From: Planctomycetota bacterium
GTDB taxonomy: Bacteria; Planctomycetota; B15-G4
DNA: 64,000 nucleotides
NCBI GenBank assembly: GCA_038212275.1
Contig: JBBQUR010000010.1
Coordinates: forward strand, 32,001-96,000
Direction: 5' to 3'
A program made the translations under genes and the position numbers. The notes below the pieces were generated by a model that was not told the DNA's origin, ran no database searches, and was given only the letters and a program-made list of their open reading frames with translations. This document shows positions 39,433 through 51,219 of the stretch, one piece after another. The number at the start of each line of letters is the position of its first letter. Within the stretch, counting starts at the first letter, position 1.

Positions 39433-39968
39433 TGTTCAAGGGATGGGACTTCGAGCGGGCGCTGCTGGTGCTTCTGCTGGTGATGATCGTCGGCTGCCTC
39501 GGCTTCATCTCCTGGGAGCGGTCGGTGGCGGACGACCTGCGCTCGCACCTGGGCGCGGCCGACCGGCAGCTCACGCAGATCGGCGAGCTCTCCGCGGAAA
39601 TCATCCGGCTGCAGGACGAGATGCGGCTCGACGCGATCGCGAGCGACAAGATGGGCCCGTATCCGTATCTCGAGGAGCAGATGACGGCCAGCCGCATCGG
39701 CAAGAAGTTCACCATCACCAACACGGTGGATCCGCACCCCTCCGAGGGCTTCGAGGACACGCGCTACCTGCTCTCGCCGGCGCAGCCCGACTACGACTTC
39801 ACGCGCCAGGAGATCGGGACCTTCCTCCTGCATGTCGAAGCCAATACGACACGCATGAAGGCCACGCGCATCAAGCTGGACCTCTCCACGCGCAAGAACG
39901 CCGGTCCCGACATGTGGAAGCCGACCTTCACGATCACCGATCGCAAGCCGCTGCTCATCAAGAGTTGA
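39432..39968 (+). CDS. GspM/PilO-like bitopic membrane protein
   Basis: N-terminal TM, coiled coil and small alpha/beta domain; ATG overlaps the previous stop (TGATG). Confidence 0.55.
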   Translation: MFKGWDFERALLVLLLVMIVGCLGFISWERSVADDLRSHLGAADRQLTQIGELSAEIIRLQDEMRLDAIASDKMGPYPYLEEQMTASRIGKKFTITNTVDPHPSEGFEDTRYLLSPAQPDYDFTRQEIGTFLLHVEANTTRMKATRIKLDLSTRKNAGPDMWKPTFTITDRKPLLIKS

Positions 39969-40203
39969 TCGCGCCGCAAGGGCTGATCGCGCCGCCGGTG
40001 GCGGTGTCAGCGTGCACATCCCGATCCGGCGGCCGGATCCGACGGGCACCGCGCCTGAACTCGCCGGCCGAGCGCTGATTTCCTCAACGCCAGGCGGGCG
40101 GTCGACCGAAGAGGGCTGACGTCCGCAAGGCCGTGGCTCGTCGGTGCAACGTGTGCTCCGACGGTTTCCGGCGTCACCGCGGGCGGTCATCCGCGAGCAA
40201 CGC

Positions 40204-43200
40204 ATGAACAGTCCGACCGGCCGCACCTCCGCCGAGAGTCAGCCCGGGCCGGCTCGACCGGCCGACGGCGGCGTCGCGTCGGCCACGTCTGCGACGTCCG
40301 CCGCGTCCCGGGGCCACCGGGACGTCGTGCGCGGCAACTACTCTTCCGCGGTGCTGCTCGGTGCGGCCGTCGCCTTCCTCGGCGGCGCCTTTCTCTTCAA
40401 CTGGTACCTGAACGAACTGCGCCAGATGATGCCGAGCGGCGGCTTCGTGCCGATGCAGTACAACACCGCGCTCGGTTTCGTGATCACGGGCCTCGCGGTG
40501 GTCGCGCACTGCTTGGGGCGTCCGCGCGTCGCGTTCGTTGCGGGCGCGGCGGCCGCGGGCCTCGGAAGCCTGTCGCTCGCGGAAGGCCTGCTCGGGCACA
40601 GCGTGCACATCGTGGGCGCGCTGTTCGGCGGCAGCATCGCGGGGAACAGCGGGCCGACGATGTCGGTCAACACATCACTCTGCTTCGCGCTGACCGGCGC
40701 GCTGCTCGTCACCTGGCGCGCGCCGGGCGCGCGCAAGCGCTGGCGCACGGCGGTCCTGGGCTCGCTTGCGGCGGGCGTCGTCTCGGTGGGCTTCCTGGGC
40801 CTGCTCGGATACGTCACGCACGAAGGCGGCACGTACGGCTGGGCGCGGATGTCGGCCATGGAGGCGCACACGGCGCTCGGCTTCGTCGCGCTCGGCACCG
40901 CATTCTTCGTGATGCTCATGCGCATGAAGGACTCGCCCGTGGTCGGCACGCTGCCCGGCTGGTCCGCCTGGATGGTCGGGATCGGCGTGGCGGTGCTGAC
41001 GATGACGCTCTGGACGAGCCTCACCGCGAGCGACGCGCGCACGAGCCAGCTGGCCGAGACGCGGCTGCACTCGGCGGCGCTCTCGCACACCAACCAGACC
41101 GTGCAGTCACACCTGCGCGCCCTGAAGCGACTCGCCCTGCGCTGCAAGGGCGAGGGGCGCGTGCGCCCGTCGGACTTCGGCGCGGACGCGTCGACGCTGC
41201 TCGAGGAAACGCCGGGCCTGTCGAGCATCGCCTTCATCGATCCGGGCGGCAACGTCTTCGGCGCGCAGGGACTGCACGACGACCGCACGCTGGAGATGTC
41301 CATCGGTGAACGCCAGGAAGTGCGCGCGGCACTGCGCATGGCCAGGGACGAGCGGCTGACGACATCGTCCGATCCGGTCAGCCTGTTCGGGCCGACCACG
41401 GATCTCTTCGTGTTCGTGCCGGTCTACGTGGGCGACACCTACAGGGGCGCCCTGGTCTGCGAGCACGACCTCCAGCCCTTCCTGGACTGGATCTTCGGCG
41501 ACGGCGTCGGGCGCACCTTCGACGTGGACGTCTGCACGCTCAACGGGCAGCCCTTCTACAGCCGCAGAGGAGGCGCTTCGGCACGGCGAGAGGCGCGCGC
41601 GAGCGCCGCCGCCGGCGCGTCCGGCGTGGCGGCACAGGAGGCCGCCGACGGGCGCATCGGATTCGCAGACAAGGTCTGGATCATGAGCAGTCTCGCGGAC
41701 GTCACCGTGGTGGGCGGCAAGAACGTGAGCAACACGCTGATCCTCTGGTTCGGCATGTTCCTCGCCGTCGCGCTCGCCTTCGTGATCCGCAAGTCGGGCC
41801 TCGTGCGTCAGCGCGCCGTCTCGCTCGCGGTCGCGAATCGCACCATCGAAGAGCGCTCCACTTCGCTGCGCGTCGCCAACGAGTCGCTGCGCGCCACGGA
41901 ATCGGAGCTCACGCGCGCCGCCCGCGCGCAGCGCCGCGTGCTGGACAGCCTCTCCGCGATGCTGATCGGCGTCGACGACGAAGGCCGCGTGGTGGAGTGG
42001 AACAGCGTGGCGTCCGACCTGTTCGGCCTCGGTGATGCGCAGGTGCTGGGACAGGTCTTCGACGACCTGCCCCTGTGCTGGGATCGCGAGTGCGTCCGCG
42101 AAGCGGTGGCACGGTGCATCGCCACCGGCGAGCGACTGCGGCGCGAGAACATCACCGTGACTCCGCTGCCCGCTCAGGAAGCACTGCGGGGTACGGGCAC
42201 TGGCATGACCGCAGACAGCGTCGACAGCGCAGGCGCGGAGGAAGATGCCGCGATGGACGCCGATGCGACGGAGGCCGATGCAGCCGCGAAGGTGCCGGCC
42301 GAGTCGGCTCAGAGCCGCGTCGTGAGCATCACGGTGAATCCCACGCAGACCGGAGGCGGGCGTGGCTTCGCGATCATCGGATCCGACGTCACCGAGCGAC
42401 AGATGCTGGAGATGCAGCTGCACCAGGCGCAGAAGCTGGAGTCGGTGGGCACGCTGGCCGCCGGCATCGCGCACGAGATCAACACGCCGATGCAATTCGT
42501 CTCGGACAACCTGCGCTTCGTGAGCCAGTCGGTGATGCCGCTCACGTCGGTGCTGCAGCTCATCCCGGAACTCGTGGATTGCAGCCGCAACGGTGTCCTG
42601 CCGACCGAGCTCGCGGCGCGCCTCGAGCTGGCAACCCACGGCGTGGACGTGGCCTTCCTCGCCGACGAGCTGCCGGCCGCCCTGGACGAGATGCAGGAAG
42701 GCGTGAACCGCGTGACGACGATCGTCCGCGCGATGAAGGACTTCAGCCACCCGGGCAACCAGGGGCGCCAGAACGCGGACCTCAACAAGGCCATCTCGAC
42801 GACGGTCTCGGTGGCGCGCAACGAGTACAAGTATCACGCCGACGTCGAGACGGACTTCGGAGAGATCCCGCTGGCGGACTGCTACGTCGCGGATCTCAAC
42901 CAGGTCTTCCTCAACCTGCTCGTGAATGCGGCGCACGCGATCAAGGACGTGGTCGGCGACGGCGCCGGGCGCGGCACCATCCGCATCTCGACGCGTCTCG
43001 ACGGCGACATGATCGAGATCCGCGTCGCGGACACGGGCGCGGGCATCCCCGAACACGCGCGGTCCAAGATCTTCGACCAGTTCTTCACGACGAAGGGCGT
43101 GGGCAAGGGCACGGGGCTTGGCCTGGCGATCGCCCGCGCGGTCGTGATCGACAAGCACAAGGGATCGATCCGCTTCGAGACCGAGCTGGGCAAGGGCACG

Positions 43201-43404
43201 ACCTTCATCGTGCGCATCCCCGTCTCGTCGCAGCCCGAGGACAACGAGGGAGGTCCGCGCGCCGCGCCGGCCGCATCGACGTCCGCCGCGGCCGGAGAGC
43301 CGTCGGATCTGTCGATCCCGCACGACGCTGCCCCGCAATTCCCCGCCGCTAACCCGCACGCGGTCGTCGACCCGATCCCCGTTTCCGGAGAACCGCAGCC
43401 GTGA
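40204..43404 (+). CDS. Sensor histidine kinase (multi-TM domain, CHASE-like domain, PAS, HisKA, HATPase)
   Basis: QAQKLESVGTLAAGIAHEINTPMQF, LNQVFLNLLVNA, DTGAGIP, FFTTKGVGKGTGLGL and PAS (LIGVD.EG.V.EWN). Confidence 0.93.
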   Translation: MNSPTGRTSAESQPGPARPADGGVASATSATSAASRGHRDVVRGNYSSAVLLGAAVAFLGGAFLFNWYLNELRQMMPSGGFVPMQYNTALGFVITGLAVVAHCLGRPRVAFVAGAAAAGLGSLSLAEGLLGHSVHIVGALFGGSIAGNSGPTMSVNTSLCFALTGALLVTWRAPGARKRWRTAVLGSLAAGVVSVGFLGLLGYVTHEGGTYGWARMSAMEAHTALGFVALGTAFFVMLMRMKDSPVVGTLPGWSAWMVGIGVAVLTMTLWTSLTASDARTSQLAETRLHSAALSHTNQTVQSHLRALKRLALRCKGEGRVRPSDFGADASTLLEETPGLSSIAFIDPGGNVFGAQGLHDDRTLEMSIGERQEVRAALRMARDERLTTSSDPVSLFGPTTDLFVFVPVYVGDTYRGALVCEHDLQPFLDWIFGDGVGRTFDVDVCTLNGQPFYSRRGGASARREARASAAAGASGVAAQEAADGRIGFADKVWIMSSLADVTVVGGKNVSNTLILWFGMFLAVALAFVIRKSGLVRQRAVSLAVANRTIEERSTSLRVANESLRATESELTRAARAQRRVLDSLSAMLIGVDDEGRVVEWNSVASDLFGLGDAQVLGQVFDDLPLCWDRECVREAVARCIATGERLRRENITVTPLPAQEALRGTGTGMTADSVDSAGAEEDAAMDADATEADAAAKVPAESAQSRVVSITVNPTQTGGGRGFAIIGSDVTERQMLEMQLHQAQKLESVGTLAAGIAHEINTPMQFVSDNLRFVSQSVMPLTSVLQLIPELVDCSRNGVLPTELAARLELATHGVDVAFLADELPAALDEMQEGVNRVTTIVRAMKDFSHPGNQGRQNADLNKAISTTVSVARNEYKYHADVETDFGEIPLADCYVADLNQVFLNLLVNAAHAIKDVVGDGAGRGTIRISTRLDGDMIEIRVADTGAGIPEHARSKIFDQFFTTKGVGKGTGLGLAIARAVVIDKHKGSIRFETELGKGTTFIVRIPVSSQPEDNEGGPRAAPAASTSAAAGEPSDLSIPHDAAPQFPAANPHAVVDPIPVSGEPQP

Positions 43405-44648
43405 ACCGCATCCTCTTCGTGGACGACGAACAACGCGTGCTCTCCGGCCTGCGCCGTCAACTGCATGCCCGCCGGGCATCCTGGGAGATGCAGTTCGTGG
43501 ACGGGGGCCTCGCGGCGCTCGCCGAGCTGGCCCGCGCCGTCGCGGCCGGCATGCCCTACGACGTCATCGTGAGCGACATGCGCATGCCCGGCATGGACGG
43601 CGCGCAGCTCCTTGCGCGCGTCTCGTCGGAGTTCCCGCACACGGGGCGCCTCGTGCTCTCCGGCCACGCCGATCCCGATCGCATGCAGCTCGCGCGCAGT
43701 TGCGCGCACCGCTACCTGCAGAAGCCCTGCCCGCCGGAGACGCTCGAAGCCGAGGTGAAGCAGGCCGTCGAGGTGCGCGAGGCGCTGGACCGCCTCGGCT
43801 GGGAGGCCGCCTGCGCCGTCTGGTGTTCGCCGCCCAAGCACTTCGAACATTGCGCCAGCGTCTTTGCCGCGCTGGCCAGCGAAGCCGACACCGATGACGT
43901 CGTCGCGGGGCTGCTGGCCAGCTTCACGCACGACACGGCCTTCTGGGCGCGCCTCGGTCTGGTGCTTGCCGCCGCGTTTCCCGCGCAGGTCCGGCCGGGA
44001 GCCGGCGCCGCGGCGACGATCGCGGCGATGGGCACGCGCAACATCCTCTCGCTCGTCATGGCGCTGCGCTTCTCCGACGCGTTCGGCGGACCGCCGGACG
44101 CCTCGCGCCAGACGGCGGACCTCGTGGTCGCGCAGCACATCGCGGCGATCGGGGCCTGCGAGAACTCGGGGCTCGAGGCGCTGGTGCAGGCCGTGACGGC
44201 CTCGATGCTGAGGCTCCCGCTGACCGCGCCGACCGCGCCGACCGCGCCGACCGTGCCGACCGTGCCGACCGCGCCGACCGCGCCGACTGCGCCGACTGCG
44301 CCGGCCGAAGCAGGCGCTCCGTCCGGCGCCGCCGCGGCGGCGGATCGCTCGACTGTCCTGAGCTGGCTGCTCCCGACCTGGGGCTTCAAGGATGCGGTCG
44401 TCGCGGCGGCCGCCTGCCGCGAGGCGCCCGCGCTGTGCCCGCCGGCGACGTCCGGGCCGCTCGTGCTGCTCGTCGGCGCGGATCTGCTGCTGTCCTTCAG
44501 CGACCCGGCCGTGCCCCCGGATGAGGCCTTCGTGGGGGCCCGCATGGCGTGGCTCGGCGAACGGGGCTGGGCCGAGCCGCGCACCCGCTGGGCCGCCGCC
44601 GCGTCGGCCTGTGCGCGGAAAAACTCGTCGGAAAATAGCCTCACCTGA
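43401..44648 (+). CDS. Response regulator with degenerate HDOD-like output domain
   Basis: ILFVDDE, IVSDMRMPGMDG and AHRYLQKPC; the C-terminal helical domain retains LL..WG and I..MG...I..L remnants. Confidence 0.8.
   Translation: MNRILFVDDEQRVLSGLRRQLHARRASWEMQFVDGGLAALAELARAVAAGMPYDVIVSDMRMPGMDGAQLLARVSSEFPHTGRLVLSGHADPDRMQLARSCAHRYLQKPCPPETLEAEVKQAVEVREALDRLGWEAACAVWCSPPKHFEHCASVFAALASEADTDDVVAGLLASFTHDTAFWARLGLVLAAAFPAQVRPGAGAAATIAAMGTRNILSLVMALRFSDAFGGPPDASRQTADLVVAQHIAAIGACENSGLEALVQAVTASMLRLPLTAPTAPTAPTVPTVPTAPTAPTAPTAPAEAGAPSGAAAAADRSTVLSWLLPTWGFKDAVVAAAACREAPALCPPATSGPLVLLVGADLLLSFSDPAVPPDEAFVGARMAWLGERGWAEPRTRWAAAASACARKNSSENSLT
44223..44303. repeat. 9-bp tandem repeat AC(C/T)G(C/T)GCCG x9 encoding (TAP/TVP)9
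   Basis: Read directly: ACCGCGCCG x3, ACCGTGCCG x2, ACCGCGCCG x2, ACTGCGCCG x2. Confidence 0.95.
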
Positions 44649-44739
44649 ACGGGGGACGCGAGCCGATACGCGGAAGTGCACGTGGGGCGACCGGCTCCAT
44701 CCGTCGAACGCGCGCCGCGCGCACCAGGGAGTTGAAGAG

Positions 44740-45432
44740 ATGGATCACGCAGTCCTCATCGTCGATGACGAACCGAAGATCTTCCAGGCCTTGCGGCGCG
44801 CCCTGCATCGCGAGCCCTACGAGCTGCTGTCGGCGGAGAGCGGCGAGGCGGCGCTCAATCTCCTGGCCGAGCGCCCGATCGACGTCATCATCGCCGACGA
44901 GAACATGCCGAACATGCGCGGCAGCGTGCTGCTTGCACGCTGCAAGGCGCAGTGGCCCGAGATGGTGCGCATGATGCTCACCGGAGACGCGCGCCTCGAG
45001 ACGGTCGTCGCGGCGGTGAACAAGGGCGAGATCTACCGCTTCTTCATCAAGCCCTGCAACGAGGCGGAGCTGATCATCTCGATCCGCGACGCGCTGCAGA
45101 TGCGCCAGCTCAAGGCGGCTGCCGGGGCGCTGCTCACGACGGTCAAGCGCCAGAACGAGACGATCAAGTCGATGACCGCAAGCGACGGCAGCGTCGAACT
45201 CCCGCCGATCGTGCTCGCGCCGCGCCCCAAGGCGGTCGTGATCGCGGGCGGCGGGGCGCCGTCCGCCGACCACGCGGGCGACGGCTCCTCGCACGGGTCG
45301 GGCGGCACCGGCGGCGCCGCGGGCGACAACTCCGGCAAGGGCGGGATCTTCCACCTGACGAACAAGGACATCCCCGAGGACGTCGACAAGCTGCTGGCAG
45401 AGATCCGCAGCGAGCTCGAACGGATGGGGTAG
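44740..45432 (+). CDS. Response regulator (REC plus coiled coil, no DNA-binding domain recognised)
   Basis: VLIVDDEP, IIADENMP, RMMLTG and AVNKGEIYRFFIKP. Confidence 0.88.
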   Translation: MDHAVLIVDDEPKIFQALRRALHREPYELLSAESGEAALNLLAERPIDVIIADENMPNMRGSVLLARCKAQWPEMVRMMLTGDARLETVVAAVNKGEIYRFFIKPCNEAELIISIRDALQMRQLKAAAGALLTTVKRQNETIKSMTASDGSVELPPIVLAPRPKAVVIAGGGAPSADHAGDGSSHGSGGTGGAAGDNSGKGGIFHLTNKDIPEDVDKLLAEIRSELERMG

Positions 45433-45514
45433 TGCGAGGCCTCGGCGCTGCAGCGGGCCGCGCTTTGTGCGGCCCGCGCCTGTTTCGGACGGGGCGCGCT
45501 GGAGTCGGCGCGCC

Positions 45515-48781
<3,267 letters not shown>

Positions 48782-49029
48782 CGGCTTCAGGCTCCGGGTC
48801 GTGAAGTCCCCGGCCGATCATGCCGACGTGGGACAAATTGGCGAGAGCTTACCGGTCCCCGCGCGGCGGCGCGAGGGGGGATGCCCGGCCGCCGCGACAG
48901 CCCGGGAGGGTCCCGGCGGAGTTTTCTCAAGCCCGGGGCATGGGCCAGCCGAAATCCACGAGCGTAATCGCCTCTCGTGTCGGCCGACTCCCATGGTTGG
49001 GACTCGCCGCCGGGAACCAAGGAGTAGAC

Positions 49030-49473
49030 ATGTTCTTGAACAAGACCCGGAGCGAGCGCGGCTTCACGCTCGTGGAATTGGCCGTCGTTGTCGTGATCAT
49101 CGGCGTGCTGGCCGCTTTCGCGGTGCCGCGCTTCCTGGCGTCCGTCGAGCGGTCGAAGGCTGCCGAATCTTTCAACTACCTCGCCACGGTCCACTCGGCC
49201 CAGGAGCGCTACCACGCTCGTCAGGGCACGTACGCGTCCGACCTGAGCCAGCTCGACACCGAGATGATCTCGCCCGAGTATTTCTCGGTCGGCGAGATTG
49301 CGGTCCCGTCGAGCGAGTCCTCGCTGGAGACCGGCTGGGAGCTGACGCTCACCCGCGCCGGCGCATCGGCTGGTTACGGTGCGTACACGGTCGTGTTCAA
49401 CCACGATGGTTTCGACACCACGAACAGCACCATCGCCGCGGAAGTCAGCCCGTTGCAGACCGCGACGAGCTGA
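49030..49473 (+). CDS. Type IV pilin (probable major pilin)
   Basis: Class III signal G/FTLVEL, hydrophobic helix to P22, AQERY...GTY; strong RBS AAGGAG. Confidence 0.9.
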   Translation: MFLNKTRSERGFTLVELAVVVVIIGVLAAFAVPRFLASVERSKAAESFNYLATVHSAQERYHARQGTYASDLSQLDTEMISPEYFSVGEIAVPSSESSLETGWELTLTRAGASAGYGAYTVVFNHDGFDTTNSTIAAEVSPLQTATS

Positions 49474-49601
49474 CCGTATCCGGCAGATGCAGTCCTTCTT
49501 GGCGCGTTCGCGCCGGCCCATCCCGCCTCACGGTGGATGGCCGGCGCGAATCCGCCGGACGGCCCGGCGGCCCGAGCTGCCGCATCGCAGCGCGCATGAG
49601 A

Positions 49602-49631
49602 GGCCCCGACTCTGCCGGGGCCCTTTCTCTT
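49602..49631 (+). terminator. Putative intrinsic terminator/attenuator after the pilin gene
   Basis: GGCCCCG-N7-CGGGGCC followed by CTTTCTCTT. Confidence 0.5.
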
Positions 49632-49716
49632 GAAGGGCGTCTCCGGCAGAGCGGACGCCGCCGCCGCACGGCCGCGTGCGCGGTGAAGAGTCGAGGAGAG
49701 CACGGAGACACCGGCC

Positions 49717-51219
49717 TTGCGCCGCTCACCCTGGAAGCACGTCACCGGAGTGCTGCTCGCACCCGATCGCATCCTCACGGCCACGGTCGTGGTGACGCCG
49801 CTCGGGGTGCGTCCGTCCGCCAGCGCCGAGGAAGCCATCGTCGACGGCGACCTCGGCGCCGCGCTGGCGCAGCTGCGTTCGGCCGGGCACCTGCGCGGCA
49901 GGCTCGTCTTCGGGGTCGATGCGCGGCGCTCGTACGCCATCACCCGCAAGCTGTCCACCGAGGACGCGGAGCAGAAGCCCGCGGAACTGCTCGCGTCCCA
50001 CCTCGGCCTGGTGCACGACGCGCTCGTGGCGGGCATCGAGCAGGTCAAGCTTCCTTCCGGCCTGCACGCGGCGCTGGCCGCGGCGCCGCGCGACGTGGCA
50101 TCGACCGTGCTCGAAGCGCTGGGAAAGAAGCCGGGCAACGTGCGCCTCTACCCGCTGACCTGGGCGCTGTACCAGTTCGCCTCGCGCCTGACGGGCAGGC
50201 CGCGCAAATGGCGCACGGAGGTCCGCGTCCTGCGCGACGCCGAGGGCGGCGTGGCCATTCTCGCGCACGGCGGCTTCCCCATCGCCTCGCGCCTCTTCGA
50301 CATGCTGGACAGCCGCGACGTGAGCTCCGTCGGGCTGGCCGTGCTGGGCCTGCTCACGCACGCACGCGAGGAGCTCGGCCTGCGCTCCGTGGACGGCGTC
50401 ATGCTGCACATGGACGGCACGGAAGAGGGCCTCGTGGACATCTGCGAGGCATTCACCGGCCTCAAGACCGTGATGGCGAAGTCCGTGGGCTGCGACGAGC
50501 CTGCCTCGGCCCTGGCCCTCGCGCACGCCGGGGCACGCATGAAGCAGGATGCCGTCGACCTGTTCGTCGCGCTGCGGCCGCCGCCCGGCGTGCTGCACCG
50601 GCTGCCGCTGCGCTCGGCGGCGGTCCTCGGCGTCGCAGGCATCGTGCTCGGCTGGATGCTCACCGACGCCGCCGCCGGCATCGAGAGCGAGGCGCTGAAG
50701 CTCGAGAAGCAGACCGCCGGCAACCTCAAGCGCGCCCACGTGCAGCTCACCGACCTGCGCAAGGTGCACGTCAAGCTCAAGACCGAGGTGCAGATCGCGC
50801 AGAGCTTCCTCACGAACCGCCTGCGCTGGAGCGACATCCTGCGCGAACTCCCCAGCGTGCTGCCGCCGACGGTGACGCTCGTGGACTTCGACGGCCGGGA
50901 CCAGGTGCAGTATCCGAGCACCAAGAAGAAGAAGAAGGAAGGCGCCGCCAACAAGGCGAAGGATGACGGCAGCGGTGGCGCGGCCCAGCTGTCCACGAAG
51001 GGGCGTCAGCTCACGATTGCCTGCGAGGTGGGGCTGAGCGCCGCGGACAGCTCGCCGCCCGAGGTCGAGTCGCTCGTCGCGTCGATCAAGGCCTCGCCCG
51101 TGTTCCAGGCGGTCCTGCCGCGCATCACCGGCGCGAACGTGCGCCTGCTGCCCGCGGTGAAGGGCCTCTCCGCGCGCATCACCGTCTACTGCATGCCGCC
51201 CGGCACGCCGGGGAAATGA
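49717..51219 (+). CDS. Divergent PilM/PilN (GspL-like) fusion protein
   Basis: Cytoplasmic region, TM helix, coiled coil and PilN-like WSDILREL..VLP..V.L; first assembly gene of the cluster; TTG start uncertain. Confidence 0.6.
   Translation: MRRSPWKHVTGVLLAPDRILTATVVVTPLGVRPSASAEEAIVDGDLGAALAQLRSAGHLRGRLVFGVDARRSYAITRKLSTEDAEQKPAELLASHLGLVHDALVAGIEQVKLPSGLHAALAAAPRDVASTVLEALGKKPGNVRLYPLTWALYQFASRLTGRPRKWRTEVRVLRDAEGGVAILAHGGFPIASRLFDMLDSRDVSSVGLAVLGLLTHAREELGLRSVDGVMLHMDGTEEGLVDICEAFTGLKTVMAKSVGCDEPASALALAHAGARMKQDAVDLFVALRPPPGVLHRLPLRSAAVLGVAGIVLGWMLTDAAAGIESEALKLEKQTAGNLKRAHVQLTDLRKVHVKLKTEVQIAQSFLTNRLRWSDILRELPSVLPPTVTLVDFDGRDQVQYPSTKKKKKEGAANKAKDDGSGGAAQLSTKGRQLTIACEVGLSAADSSPPEVESLVASIKASPVFQAVLPRITGANVRLLPAVKGLSARITVYCMPPGTPGK

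Noticed and set aside
48838..48853. Sigma54-like promoter TTGGCGAGAGCTTAC upstream of the pilin
   Set aside because: The -12 element reads TTAC instead of TTGC, so the near-invariant GC is missing.
49030..49473. Electrically conductive (e-pilin) candidate: 14 F/W/Y in about 136 mature residues, including F1, F24, Y50 and Y57
   Set aside because: Positions 27 and 32 are not aromatic, no cytochrome genes are nearby, and aromatic content alone is weak evidence.
48782..49716. Known c-di-GMP riboswitch flanking the pilin
   Set aside because: The GEMM-type GGCAAA…GAAA…GACGCAAAG core could not be found by eye; the regions are reported only as unclassified structure.
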